Origin: Licmophora abbreviata
Taxonomy: Eukaryota
Direction: 5' to 3'
Length of the DNA stretch: 39,899 nt
Assembly (NCBI GenBank): GCA_900291995.1
Contig: OLMU01002029.1
Span: 1-39,899, forward strand
How positions within the stretch are numbered: position 1 is the stretch's first letter; every line of letters starts with the position of its first letter. The notes beneath the pieces are model-generated. The model worked only from the letters and a program-made list of their open reading frames with translations. It was not told the origin of the DNA and made no database searches. Below, piece after piece: positions 11,023-22,209 of this stretch. The translations under genes were made by a program, and so were the position numbers.

Positions 11023-14000
11023 CTACTCTCGAAGCAGGCTGGCATAAAAAGATCCACTCTTCTTGTCATCGTCTTCGCTACGACCTGTCACTCCCAAAAT
11101 CACAGCGGGCGTCAACAAGGGAACATTGTGACTCAGAGATTGCTCGTTGTCGGTGTCATTGACAGAATGCGAGGAGACGGACGCAAACATAGCGTCCACA
11201 ATATCGTCCGAGGGACCGTCGTTGCCACTCTCTTCAACGGAAATGCCATAGGCCAAAGCACGCGATTTTCGTTCGGCGGCCCAAGGATCGTTTGAGAAGA
11301 GGGGCAGGACTGAAGGCAAACTGCTACTAGTCGTTTCTGTAACCAACTCTGCTGGACCTTCTTGTCGAGAAGCCGTGTGATCCTCCAAGATGCTGTCCAA
11401 AAAGTCCAAAACGTTAAAGCCGTCACCAGTGCCTAACACGGGCGGGGACAATGGTTCGCTGTCGCGCACTTCAGCGTTGGACTGCTGCGCGCCTGCAGTC
11501 GATGCATTCGTGCGGGGTGATGCTGGAAGAAATGGTATGGTATGTTCGCTCAGCGATGTGACTGACGCGTAAGCTTCCGTCCCAGGCAAAACATGAGGAG
11601 ATGACAATGCGGGTGCGGTGGTGCCGAGAGGCGGACTCGACACCGCGGGGAGCGCAGCATTCATCAAGAATGGCAACGGAGGAAGCGTTGGTTCTTGCCT
11701 CTTCATTTGATGGGAGGTATCCTCGGAAGATGTTACTTTCTCTGCCTCGACAGAGGACAGGCCAGGCGGTGGCGCCAGGCCTGGAGGAGGGCGAATTCTG
11801 GAAGACGACGTTTCTGCTGGTTTATCTTCTCCTCGCGAACGAGATTGGCCGAGCTTCGTTTTAGAGAGAGAAGACGTTGACCTCTGTTCAGTTGAATCCG
11901 GCAACGCAGTGAGTGAGCTCGATGCGCTCCTGGCGGGGACAGTGGAAGCAACGGGCTTCGCTGTCTGGGTTTTGCTGGCAGTCAGAACTGACGATTTCGG
12001 TTCGGGCCGTTTCCTACGCTCCGCCTTTTGCTTTTTGGGGGATGACTTGGCCTCTTTAGCGGTCGTATATTCCGAAACAACTCTCCTGCCTGCTTCAGTA
12101 AGGGGGGAAGACTCCTCTCTGATCTTCAAAGGCTTGAAGCGTTGCTTGGTGGATGCATGTTTTGCCATGTCTTCTTCAGTACCTTTTTTGGAAACAGGCT
12201 TGTTCTGGACGAAATGCTTCTTCTCCTTCCCCAGCTCAGTCGCTTCTTGCTGTGCTTCGCTGTGCCCCTTATGTCCCTTAGTTTCGTTCGTCGTAGATAT
12301 GGTCGTCGCTGCCATCCGGATTGCAGTAGAGACCGAATCTTCTCGACTACAGTCGACTCCTCTTCTCTTCGGTGGTCGTTCGCCGTGCCAGATCTGTAGG
12401 GCTCCTGCTTCTTCGTATCGCCGTGATGTTTCTTGTTCGCCTTCGAGGACGCGCTGGAAACACTGCTAGCCGGAGACTGGACAGCAAGCAAAATTTTGGA
12501 CTTGGATACCTCAGGTGATTCGACGGATGCGGGGGTCTCATCTTCTTTCGAACTAGTCTGTACCGTCTCTTCGGACTCAGAAGTCGAAACTACATCTTCG
12601 TTGTCGTCAGCATCATCGGATGTGGCCGGTGCTCTGTTGTTGGCTTCGAGAGCTACTACAGACTTCTGTTCGCCACCAGCACTAGCGGCAGCGTCGTAGT
12701 CTTCGAAAGGCGCCTCCTTGTCTTCGATCCGCTCCTGAAGTACACCCCGATTCCGTGTTTCTTCAGCAAGTCGGTCCCGCTGCTCGAGAAGGTCCACAGA
12801 TTTGAGAGAACGAGCTCGCACAGTCGGTCTTTTGCTTACGATGCCTCTTGACCTGGCAGCCCGCCAACCAAGGTTGCAGCTGACCAACCCATCAAGACTG
12901 CCATCGGATGAGGCTCCTCCGAACATCGCGTCGCTCAAGGTGACAACCTTCTCATTTCCACCCGATGACCCATTCTTAGAGCTTCGTTGCGCTCCAGTGA
13001 AAAACGAGTTACGGTCGCGAAGAAAGACGCCAGCGCTGGTTATGCACTGTGGCGATAGCATCCCTTCTTCCTTGTAACGTTGTGACACGACCTGGCGCGC
13101 CTGCTCCCGCCCCAATGCTTGTAGCTCGGGCGCGCTAGGGTCAGCCCGTGCTAGACACCGGAAAGCGGCGGGCCAATGGTTACAGTGAGACGGAGTGACG
13201 CTGGTATCATCTGCAGCTCCCTTTTCGTGGTAATCGAATCGCGCTTTTTTCTTCGGGCCTTGAAGTCTCCACTGAAAGTTAAACGAGGCCTTTTGTCTTC
13301 CATCTCTTTCGCATCCCAACCATGAAACGGATGACAAGAGCACGAACATGGATGCAACGAAGCCAAACAACGACGAACTTAAGACAACCAAACTCACTGC
13401 TGCACTCTCGCCTTTAACCTCCGCAAACAAGGGACTGCTCGTGATGTTTTCTGGCTCCTCAGTCAGCGAGCTAGTCGTCCTTGAAAATTGACGGCGAGTA
13501 TCAGACGGAACGCAAGCGGCGAACTCAGCGTCCGTCATATCAAAGCCGATCATTAGATCACGATGCCGTGGACTGAACGGCGACGGGTTGAGTGTAGATC
13601 GACCTGCGTCTAAGAATGGCACAAACAGATCTCCGCTGTAATCTCTGCTTTTTCGGATAGTGTAGACGAAAGTAAGCGCGACATACTGCGACTGGCGCGT
13701 GCAGTCTGGGAAGTGCTGGACAAAAATGGAACGATTGTGTCCAGGCTCGAGGGCGAAGCCGTGACGCAGATTGACTTCATCGTCAGTCAAGCGATTGGTT
13801 TCTGGTAACGACGAGTGATCATTACAGTCGCGAAGCCAAAACTTGTGCATGGAACACCCAGCGTGTTGACGTGGCTGTTTGTCTTGTTCAGCGTTGGTCG
13901 CCGAAAATCTTTCCGTGCGTTCACGCGATTGCGAAAAGTAGACTGTTTCGAAGCGAACGGCTAGCTCTCCGGGGTTGTGGACAATCACTTCCCTAATGAC

Positions 14001-17000
14001 GGCCGCTGAAGGCTCACTGCCCTGATGCGAGGCGCTGGTTCCTGGAAAAAGCAGAGTAGAAAATCCTTTCCGGTAATCAACACCACTTGGTGAGTCGTAC
14101 TTTACAGCGTCGTCGATAGGATCCAAAAATGCTACCTCCTCCCATACGCCGCGCCCTCGAACGACAAGCCTTTCTAATCCTGTTAATGAGTTCTCGATCA
14201 ATATAACGGACTCGAAGGGCCTTGAATCGCATCTCCCGTTTGCGCAGCCACGACTTTCAAATTGGCGTGGAGGGCGAAATAGAATGGGGCCAAGCTCTGC
14301 CGTGGAAAACGCCGGCAGAATGATCTCGTCTAAGGCAGAGAAAGGAATGGCAAATGGTGATGCCAACTCTGGTACATCTGGATTTCCAGAAGGGTGTGAA
14401 TGGCCCTTTGAGGAAGCAGAAGAGGCGCCGATGGGACTTTCCTTCGTATTCAGCCGGGTTCGGAAGGTCTCAGACTCGTCTAGAATGCCGCAGCGCGTCG
14501 TACAACCGGCAAGAAATGCGGTCGAGCCACTAAGATCTGGAAGAAGGTAGTTCAGTGAAGCCCCACGCCCTGCCATAGGCGACTTGACGTAGTTCGCCTG
14601 AATCAGATGGCCGCGATCGTCAGGAAGGAAGAAGGCGCCATCACCCTCCCACCACAAGGAGCCGATGCCTGGACTGCCACCCGTCTGAACATGGACCCCA
14701 CTGCGACCCGAAAGGAATTTTTCGACGGCAGCCGAGTCAAGATCATCCGTCGCGAGACGTTTTTCCGTTGCAGTGTGGTTGAGGTCACGGTTGAGGCTCA
14801 AGACCGAGGTGAGCATCACCCTGACAGGAGCACCAGTAGGATTTCGAATCGGGACCATGAGGGCTTCAACATCGGCCACACGCGTGAGCGGAAACTCGAG
14901 GATACTTGGGCTTGTTCTATCATCTGTCTCTACTCCGTGGCCACGGGAACGCTCTTCGTCGAATAGTAGAGGAACTTGCAATCTGGATTGAACCTGTAGG
15001 TCATCAATCGTCACATTGACCCTTTCCTTCACCCTCTGAATCGACCCCGGTATGCTCTCTTCGTACAAATCAATCGTTGCTCGTAAGCTTGAGCTAATGA
15101 GATCGAGCCCGAGATCAGATATTGTATCCCAGGATGCCGCTGCATCAGCAAAAACGCGAAGCGAAGATGGATCAACATACCCGCTGCTTCGTTTTCGTCC
15201 CGTTTTTCTTGACTGAGAGTCGTCGATGTTCAGGTCGCCAGAACGTCCTTTCTCTTCAGTCCAGTAGCGGTCACGTTGCTTCGATGAGCGAGCCACTGCA
15301 GCTGAAAACGAGGATACAGCGATACCGATTACATCCTCCTCGACCGCATCTTCGTCATCATCAAATCTTTCCACGACGAACCCATCGTATGGCGGTTCGG
15401 CGCCGCATGATCGAGGCTGGAGGACTGGGCGCTTTCTCATCCAAGTTAAGGCACATTCAAAGAAAGACGGGAATCGAGGAATGTCACCATGCGATCGCTG
15501 TACCAGTCCATTGGCAGTATCCTGAAAGAAATCACACGAGACAGCGGTTCGAATCGTCCCCTCAAAATTCATATCAGCCGCCCCCGCGTCGCTAACAGAT
15601 ATCTGAAACCATGGATTGCACGAGTCAACGTCACGTATCATAACCGTATCTTCAAAAGAAACCGATGCATAATTCAGAGTAACCCGGCCGGCATCTAACC
15701 CCTTTCTCGGTCTATCGCCAATCGATGATTCTGCAAACAGGGTCACAGGCACTTCAACGATTTCCTCTTCATCTAGCATTTGTTCGTCAGTTTTTCCACC
15801 TTGGTCATTTGCAGAAAGTATAAGCCCTCCCCACACCGTATCATATGCAGCAATGATAGGTAGTGCCTCTCCTTGATCAGTCGAAAGGACGAGTCCGGTC
15901 GTAACAATTGGAGTAATATCCTGGTTGAGGAAGTCTACCGGGGGGGGACGAACTCTGACTTCGAATCTTGCAACGCCACCAGGAGGAACTGTAACATTGG
16001 GGTGGCGATCGACCACTTTGCCGTCGGCAGCCTCGGTATCGCGACAGTCCATGACATACTGACGAAGGCCGAAATCTTCTGAAATAATCACTGGGGCCGC
16101 ATTCCCATTCACTGGGTGCGGCTCCTGTGTAACAAATAGAGGGGGGTGATGTCCAGGATCAGGGCATGCAATCGTTGCGTTGTACAAATGAAACGGAAAC
16201 GGGTCTTCATGAAACCCAGCCACTGCATGTCTCTGGAACAGGTTCCGCATCAACGTGTTATCTCCTGACATCGTTCGATCGAATTTCACTGCATCGCGGT
16301 ACGGCAGCAACCTTGCGAGTGTAATCCCGCCATACTCGTTTTCTAGCAGAAACTGCCGCAGCCCTTCAGTGGAATGACCTTGCCAGTCGCCTTCAGCGAC
16401 AATCGATTCATCGACTGACGGAAGATAGTCTAAGAGGCGCCTCCCCTCATGTTTTCCCCTGGTCTCGTCTCGCCCTATCGCAACACTCATTCCTTCCACT
16501 TCACCAGTATTGACTGACACTGTGATCGGGATCGGATTGTTATTCCGGATATACAATGGGATAGTCTTGATTCGGTCAAATCTGATGCTTCCGACGTTTA
16601 GGAGTAACGGGCGAGTAGCTCTTCTAACAATCGTCGATCGACGGTCGATCATGCCATCAAGGTACTTCCCCAGAAGCTGACCGGATCCATCCGAGCGCGA
16701 GCCGAAGCTTCGTATGTACCGTTTTAGAGCGGACCCAACAGCTGACGAGTCTAACCAACTTGCCAAATTTTCGATACCATCAATCAGATGCACCGAGAAG
16801 TCTACGTGCTCATGATTTGAAGATGAGTCTAGTGCAGGGATTTCTGATGTCGACACTGAGAGCAGGCCCGGGAAGACGCGAAGTGATATGTTCTGGTTCG
16901 GAATCGTTCGCGTCGAAAATGAAATTGTCAATCGACATTCGATGGTCATGCTGATCAGGTTGTTTTGTTGCCTCTTCGCTCCAGTGTCGTATGCGAGGGA

Positions 17001-19462
17001 GATGGAGCCAATATCACACGAATGCAACGTTTCTTTTCCGCAAGCCACTGAATCGGCAAACGTCGCTGAGAACCGGCGGCATATTGGTTGGTCTTCAGTC
17101 CCAGAAATGTCAACTCTTTCGATCCGCAGCGGGAGACCACCGAGGCTGACAAGTCGCAGTTCGTAGGAGATATTTTCGCTGTAGACGCTGTTCACTCCTT
17201 GGTTGGCACTAGCAGGGAAGAAAAGCCCTTGTAATGATAGAACGTTTTCATTTCCCTTGAGGGGACTCTCAAGTCTCCATTCTGATGGAACGTCTGTGGC
17301 ATCATCAACAACAAACGCGAGGCGGCCATCGACTATTGTCACCGAGAATGGTATCTCAATCGTAAGGTTGTTTTCCTCGAACGGATCCAGTTTCATGGTA
17401 TCTATCCATTCGTCGTAATTTTTATCAAGCTGAGCGCTTGCCCTTACCACAATATGGCCCATCACACGAACAGCCTTCGTTTTTGGACGATTACTAAAAA
17501 AGTTGTCGGCTTGCGAAGACGAAAGAAGACAATTCAGCGCAAGTTCTTTGCCATTGACGCTGTCTATCTCGCCTTCGCCACCGACGCATGATCCATTCTC
17601 TCCACAGAAAGCGTCGTGCGGGTCGCGCACCGTGACATTGATATCAAGCCCAAGCGCCTTTATGAACTCTGGGAAATCTTTATTCGATGCCATAATCCTC
17701 ACCGATGCTCGCATGGTGCGAATCGGAACTGTAGAGGAGCTTCCGACCTTGATCAAGGTGTGTGACTCGCGACCTGTCAGTGTCATCATATCTACGTCGA
17801 TATTTGGTGGGTCTGCGACAAGGGCATCTCGCGAACTGCCGACTACGGCGTTGGGTCGGGTCATCGCATGCTTCGTCTTGTTAATCAACTGAAAGCGCGG
17901 TTCTCCCGGAGATACCGAGTCGTCAAGAAAACTGCCAATCTCGTCGGGGAGTTGGTTTCTGTCCGAGATCCCTGGTAGAGCACTCGGCAATGAAGCTTGC
18001 TCGACGTTTTTCTCTTCGTCGTTGACGAGACTCTGTAGCCCAACAAAAATGGTGTCTTTGTCTGTCCGTATTGTGAGGTGGCCGAGATTCATGTGCGGGT
18101 CGTTCGTATTGAGCCAGAGTCCAACGTCGTTGTCCAAGCCTTCATAGATCTCCAACACGGATGGCTGAGGACAGATAGAAACTATATACACGTCCTTTGA
18201 TCTTGCTTTCAGGGAAAGCGGAAAACTGTCTCCATCCCAGCCGAGCACCACCTGTCGAAGAGTTTTCGGCGTCTCTGTCGCCGTCGCCGGATGCGAGTCG
18301 TAGTAAACTCCAGCTAGGTCGGGTCTTGATACCTGAACCTCGATTACGCTCAGTGAGTTCTCGTCCGATGGATTCGACATGTATAAATCGTAGCAATCAT
18401 CTTTGGGCTCTTCCGCTTGCACCTGCGATTTTCGATCTCCTGGATCCCCCCGCTCACGGTCTACGTTTTCAACATCAAGGATCACTACTTCTCGAGAAAT
18501 TGGCTTCGTTTTTCTCGCTGTTTCCCGCTGCAGCACCAAATTTCGAATGGCAGCTTCGTCGCTTAGAGGCGGGCGAAATCGAATGACTTCGGGTACTCGG
18601 TAGGGGTTCCGGCGCACACTCGATGTGACAAACTGCATTCGTACCGGTCCGCGCGAAGTTTCGAGGATCACGGTACCGTGAACCTCATATAGGTCTCCCG
18701 AGAACCCGATGCCGAGATTGTTTCTTGGGTTCCGCGCCATCGAGTCTAGATTTTCGTGTCCCACAAGCTGTTCAAGATCAGCTTGCACAGCATTACTCAA
18801 TGGCGGAGGGGAAATTTGGGAGTCATCATTCAAAAGAGACGATTCTGAACTGCCTCCTTCTATCGAGGGCTGCTGCTGAGGATATCTGGGTATGAAACTT
18901 AGTGGAATAATGGCGATTTGATTTGCCCCCAGAGAAAGACTGCCGGAGGGGAGACTAGAAAGATGCAGCTGTTGAGGCAGCACTTCGGTCGTCTTGAAGG
19001 TTTCACCATTTTTCACTAAATACGTCGTCTCGGGCCCCATTTCAATCGATTCAATCACAATTGAGTCATGCGGATCCTATTGCAGCGGGGAATAAGAGGA
19101 ACGCGTCGTCAGGGTACCTGAATTCATGGCAAATCACCGACGCAGACGTCTCGTCATGGTCGACCGAGCCCGGAGCTCGCCCTTCAGTTGAGGACGAATT
19201 TACATAAACAATCCAAAGGCTGGCATCTCAGAAAATAAGCCTTTCCCTAATTGAATCTCAGATACATAGAAAGATGACGCCATAGCACAGTACACGTTTA
19301 CAAAGAACATACCAAGTTTAAGAGCTCCACCTGCGAAAAAGACTGAATGCTGGATGGTACCTCTTGCAGGACATCGCGGCGTATTGAGACTCTCAATTTC
19401 ACGTCAGTCTCGCTCAGCCCAACCCAAAATAGACATAGACAAAGTATACCTATTTGCCACAT
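11023..19462 (-). CDS. TMEM131: TMEM131-like type I membrane protein (~2,730 aa); exon 1 19462-19313, exon 2 from 19076, with a -1 frame break near 12320-12350
   Basis: Exon 1 encodes the signal peptide MWQIGILCLCLFWVGLS. Intron 19312-19077 (GTATGT...CAATAG, 236 nt, phase 0) joins VELLNL|DPHDSIVIESI into the 2310-aa ORF. TMEM131-type motifs: RNPYRVP, LYMSNP...VIEV, IRNNNPIPI, IENSLTGLERLVVRGRG, HNPGELAV, FALEPG...HFPDCT. One TM helix (AAVSLVVLSSSLFGFVASMFVLL), then a long S/K/P-rich tail continued by ORF 12315-11023. Confidence 0.75.
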
Positions 19463-20802
19463 GTTGGTTCGTCTCTGTTGAGAGAGAGAGAAGCTCGTCT
19501 GAACGACTCGTCGCCCTATGCTGCATCAATTTTTTTCACTTGGCCATTTTCAGTGCTTTCGCGCCGGGTATACCGGTAGCCGCACCGGCACCTGGTACTG
19601 AAGTCACGTGGTCTTGTACGCCATCTGTTCTGACGTCTGGCTGTCTCACACCGCTGAAAGGGTCATTTCTTTGTTTTGTCGGAACAACGATCCAACCAAT
19701 CGTTGGGTAACAGCTACCGGTATCATACGACCAAGAAAGTTCCAGATATATACGGTTATTCCGAACTGGGAGGGATTCTCTTACGCATTACCTCTACACT
19801 GCTCAAGTTAGTTGTTCAATGTGTTTTGTGTTTTGTCATCAGAATGATAGGATTCTCTCTTCCAAGCTCGAATCCATGGAACGAGGTAGCTGAACGATCG
19901 TAAAGGTACAAGCTGCTGTACATGGTAGCAGGATGAGCGACGAGCTCTACCGCTGCTTCGTTATGGGGCTTACTTTACTGTCTGGACCAGGATATCTGGT
20001 AGACAGGATGACGAAATAACGCGGCTCGGAGTATAAGCTGCTACGGGTATATGAATGTTGGTTCGCACACATAACTCAGTACTTCCTTCCGACAATCCCA
20101 ATCAAGCCGTACATCTACCCATGGCTCTATAGAGAATGCATGCCACACGAGTATGTATCCTTTCCCGTCTCAAGGAAGCGAGTCTCCTCACAGTCGCCGC
20201 ATAGTCGGACGAATGGACTTGGTCCCAGAGATGCGATTGGTTTCCTGTAGAGGATAGACAAAGACTTTTCAAATCGCAACCTTTGAGTAATCGGCCCACT
20301 GTTCCCTAGCATATACGTCGGTACTTCTTGAGCAGAGGGCACAAAATAGTCAACGAATCTCCTCGTACATGTAAGCGGCAACTAGTAGAACGAGACCCAT
20401 CGGGCAATGATATTCTCCTTGAATCCGACTGGACAAAGTCTCCGCAAGAATAAACATCAGGGAAGTTTCTTACACTTTCCCTTGTCCATAGACGGCTGCC
20501 CCAATCATGTCAATCGCTTGCCACGTGGTCCTCAAGCGGTGAATGTACACATCGGTCGCCGCGGCGGCAGTACAGCTGCAATCACAACAGTTGCGTCGGC
20601 GCTAACGGTCCAGGGGAGTTCTGAATGGTAAAAAGGGACAAAAGATTCATAAGAAAACGCCGGTAAGATGCATAGATACCGCAGAGCAATCCCCCCCCCC
20701 TCTTTTTTCCTCGGAACATGTTGGAACATAAACTATTGCTCTCTCAGGAAGCCGGTTAAGCTCCAGTCGGTCGAAAGATGGTGATTTAGCAACTTTTCGT
20801 CA

Positions 20803-21039
20803 TTGGAAAAAGGAGGGATGGCGATGAAGAGTGTTCACTACTCACATACATGCTGGAAGCCCTCTCGAGACCCCTTACTACAAGTCGCCAAGGATCCGCC
20901 GTCGTGTGCTCAACATGGTCGTGATAAAAAGTGGTTCAATGGTGAGGGTGCTGAAAACTGCGATCTTGTGATGGGTGGCGGAAAAAGATCCACAGACACG
21001 TCCAACATCGAGTTTGTCGACGGCCAGGCATCCAAATGA
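20803..21039 (+). mobile_element. Possible degenerate remnant of a diatom Ty1/copia (CoDi)-type polyprotein domain
   Basis: Translation DPLLQVAKDPPSCAQHGRDKKWFNGEG resembles the EPL..IAxDDPVTCAxYAxxNxLLDxPGW motif recalled from diatom copia polyproteins. It lies in the longest gene-free gap. No LTRs seen. Confidence 0.25.
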
Positions 21040-21278
21040 CCAAAATTCCATCTTGTAGCCACACTCACTCACAAAGATCAGGTCGCGTACGTGTTCGACA
21101 ACGTTGGCGCGAAATATCTCCACCTCGGTTCGATCTCAAACTTTGTCGTCTCAGTCAGTCAGTAGACAATCGTCATTGACATAATCTACCGATATCAGGT
21201 GACAGCTCAGCTGCAGGTCCCAAGAGGGTAAGATAAGCCCACTTAGAACCCGCACTACAAGTACCCGGTCCCGCTAAG

Positions 21279-22045
21279 ATGAATCGTTGGATACTGCTCT
21301 TCGTGTTGCCCAACGCGGTTGCTAGTTTCGCTGGTTTGAACCGGCCCAGTACTGCCGCTGCGACTAGCACTGAAACGTCAGCAACCCTTTCTCGACGAGA
21401 GTCTCTGACACAGATTGTATCAGCGGCGGCTATCTTCGGAACAGCAGCCGTATCATCGCCTCTTGCGTCCTCTGCGGTAGTTTCGGAAGAAACTCCTCGA
21501 GTCACAACGCGTATGGGTGGCTTGTTGGTAAGTGTCATCTATCGACAGTGGCGAGACTCTCGAAACCAACTCTAAAACCCATAACACACGCTGATCTCCC
21601 ACAGGAGCGTTACCAGGATGGTCCTAGAGGGTTCGTGACACTCGCTCCGTCCGGGTGGAACAAGTTTGAGGGCGAAGTCGGTGCCTACGACGTCAAGTGG
21701 CAAGATCTTGTCAATCAAAGCGAAAACATCAAGCTAAGCAGCACACCCGTCAAGTCCACCACCACAACTATCGCCGCGCTTGGAGAAGACGTACAGGCGA
21801 TCGGAGAAGGACTGGCTACCAAAAGGGACGCAAAGTTGATTGCGGCCAAGGAACGACTGACGGATGGAATCCTGTTTTATGAGTTTGAATTTGCCATCAA
21901 TGATGGAACGCACCAGCTGCTGTCCTTGAGTGTCAACAAAGGAAGGATCTGGAGTTTGGACTTAAATGCCTATGAAAAGCGATGGCCGAAACGTGAAGAA
22001 CTTTACAAGAATATTGCAGGATCTTTCATGCCCAAGCTGAATTAG
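21279..22045 (+). CDS. PsbP-domain (PsbP-like) thylakoid lumen protein (~229 aa); exons 21279-21527 and 21605-22045
   Basis: Intron 21528-21604 (GTAAGT...CACAG, 77 nt, phase 0). Signal peptide ending VAS-FAG (ASAFAP-like), a transit peptide, then Tat motif SRRESL with a hydrophobic stretch. PsbP-fold motifs YQD...GF...PSGW, SENI, FYEFEF, HQL, V.KGRIW, EKRW and SF. Confidence 0.85.
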
Positions 22046-22209
22046 GATGGAAACGCGAGCGCGGCGGTAGGGATGCGACGAGGACGGAACACGAAGTCAG
22101 ATTGTCATGTAATCACTGGTGCTATCGACAGAGTCAAAGCTAGTCAACACAGTCAACACAGAACACAAGTATCGTAACTAGAACGCTTCCGCCCCCACCC
22201 AATCCCTTG

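Noticed and set aside
19077..19312. Possible TPP riboswitch in the long intron (CTGAGA and CCTGA motifs on the minus strand)
   Set aside because: The remaining conserved aptamer elements and spacing are absent, and the host gene is unrelated to thiamine.
19354..19710. 118-aa plus-strand ORF
   Set aside because: Antisense to TMEM131 exon 1 and its promoter, with no protein features.
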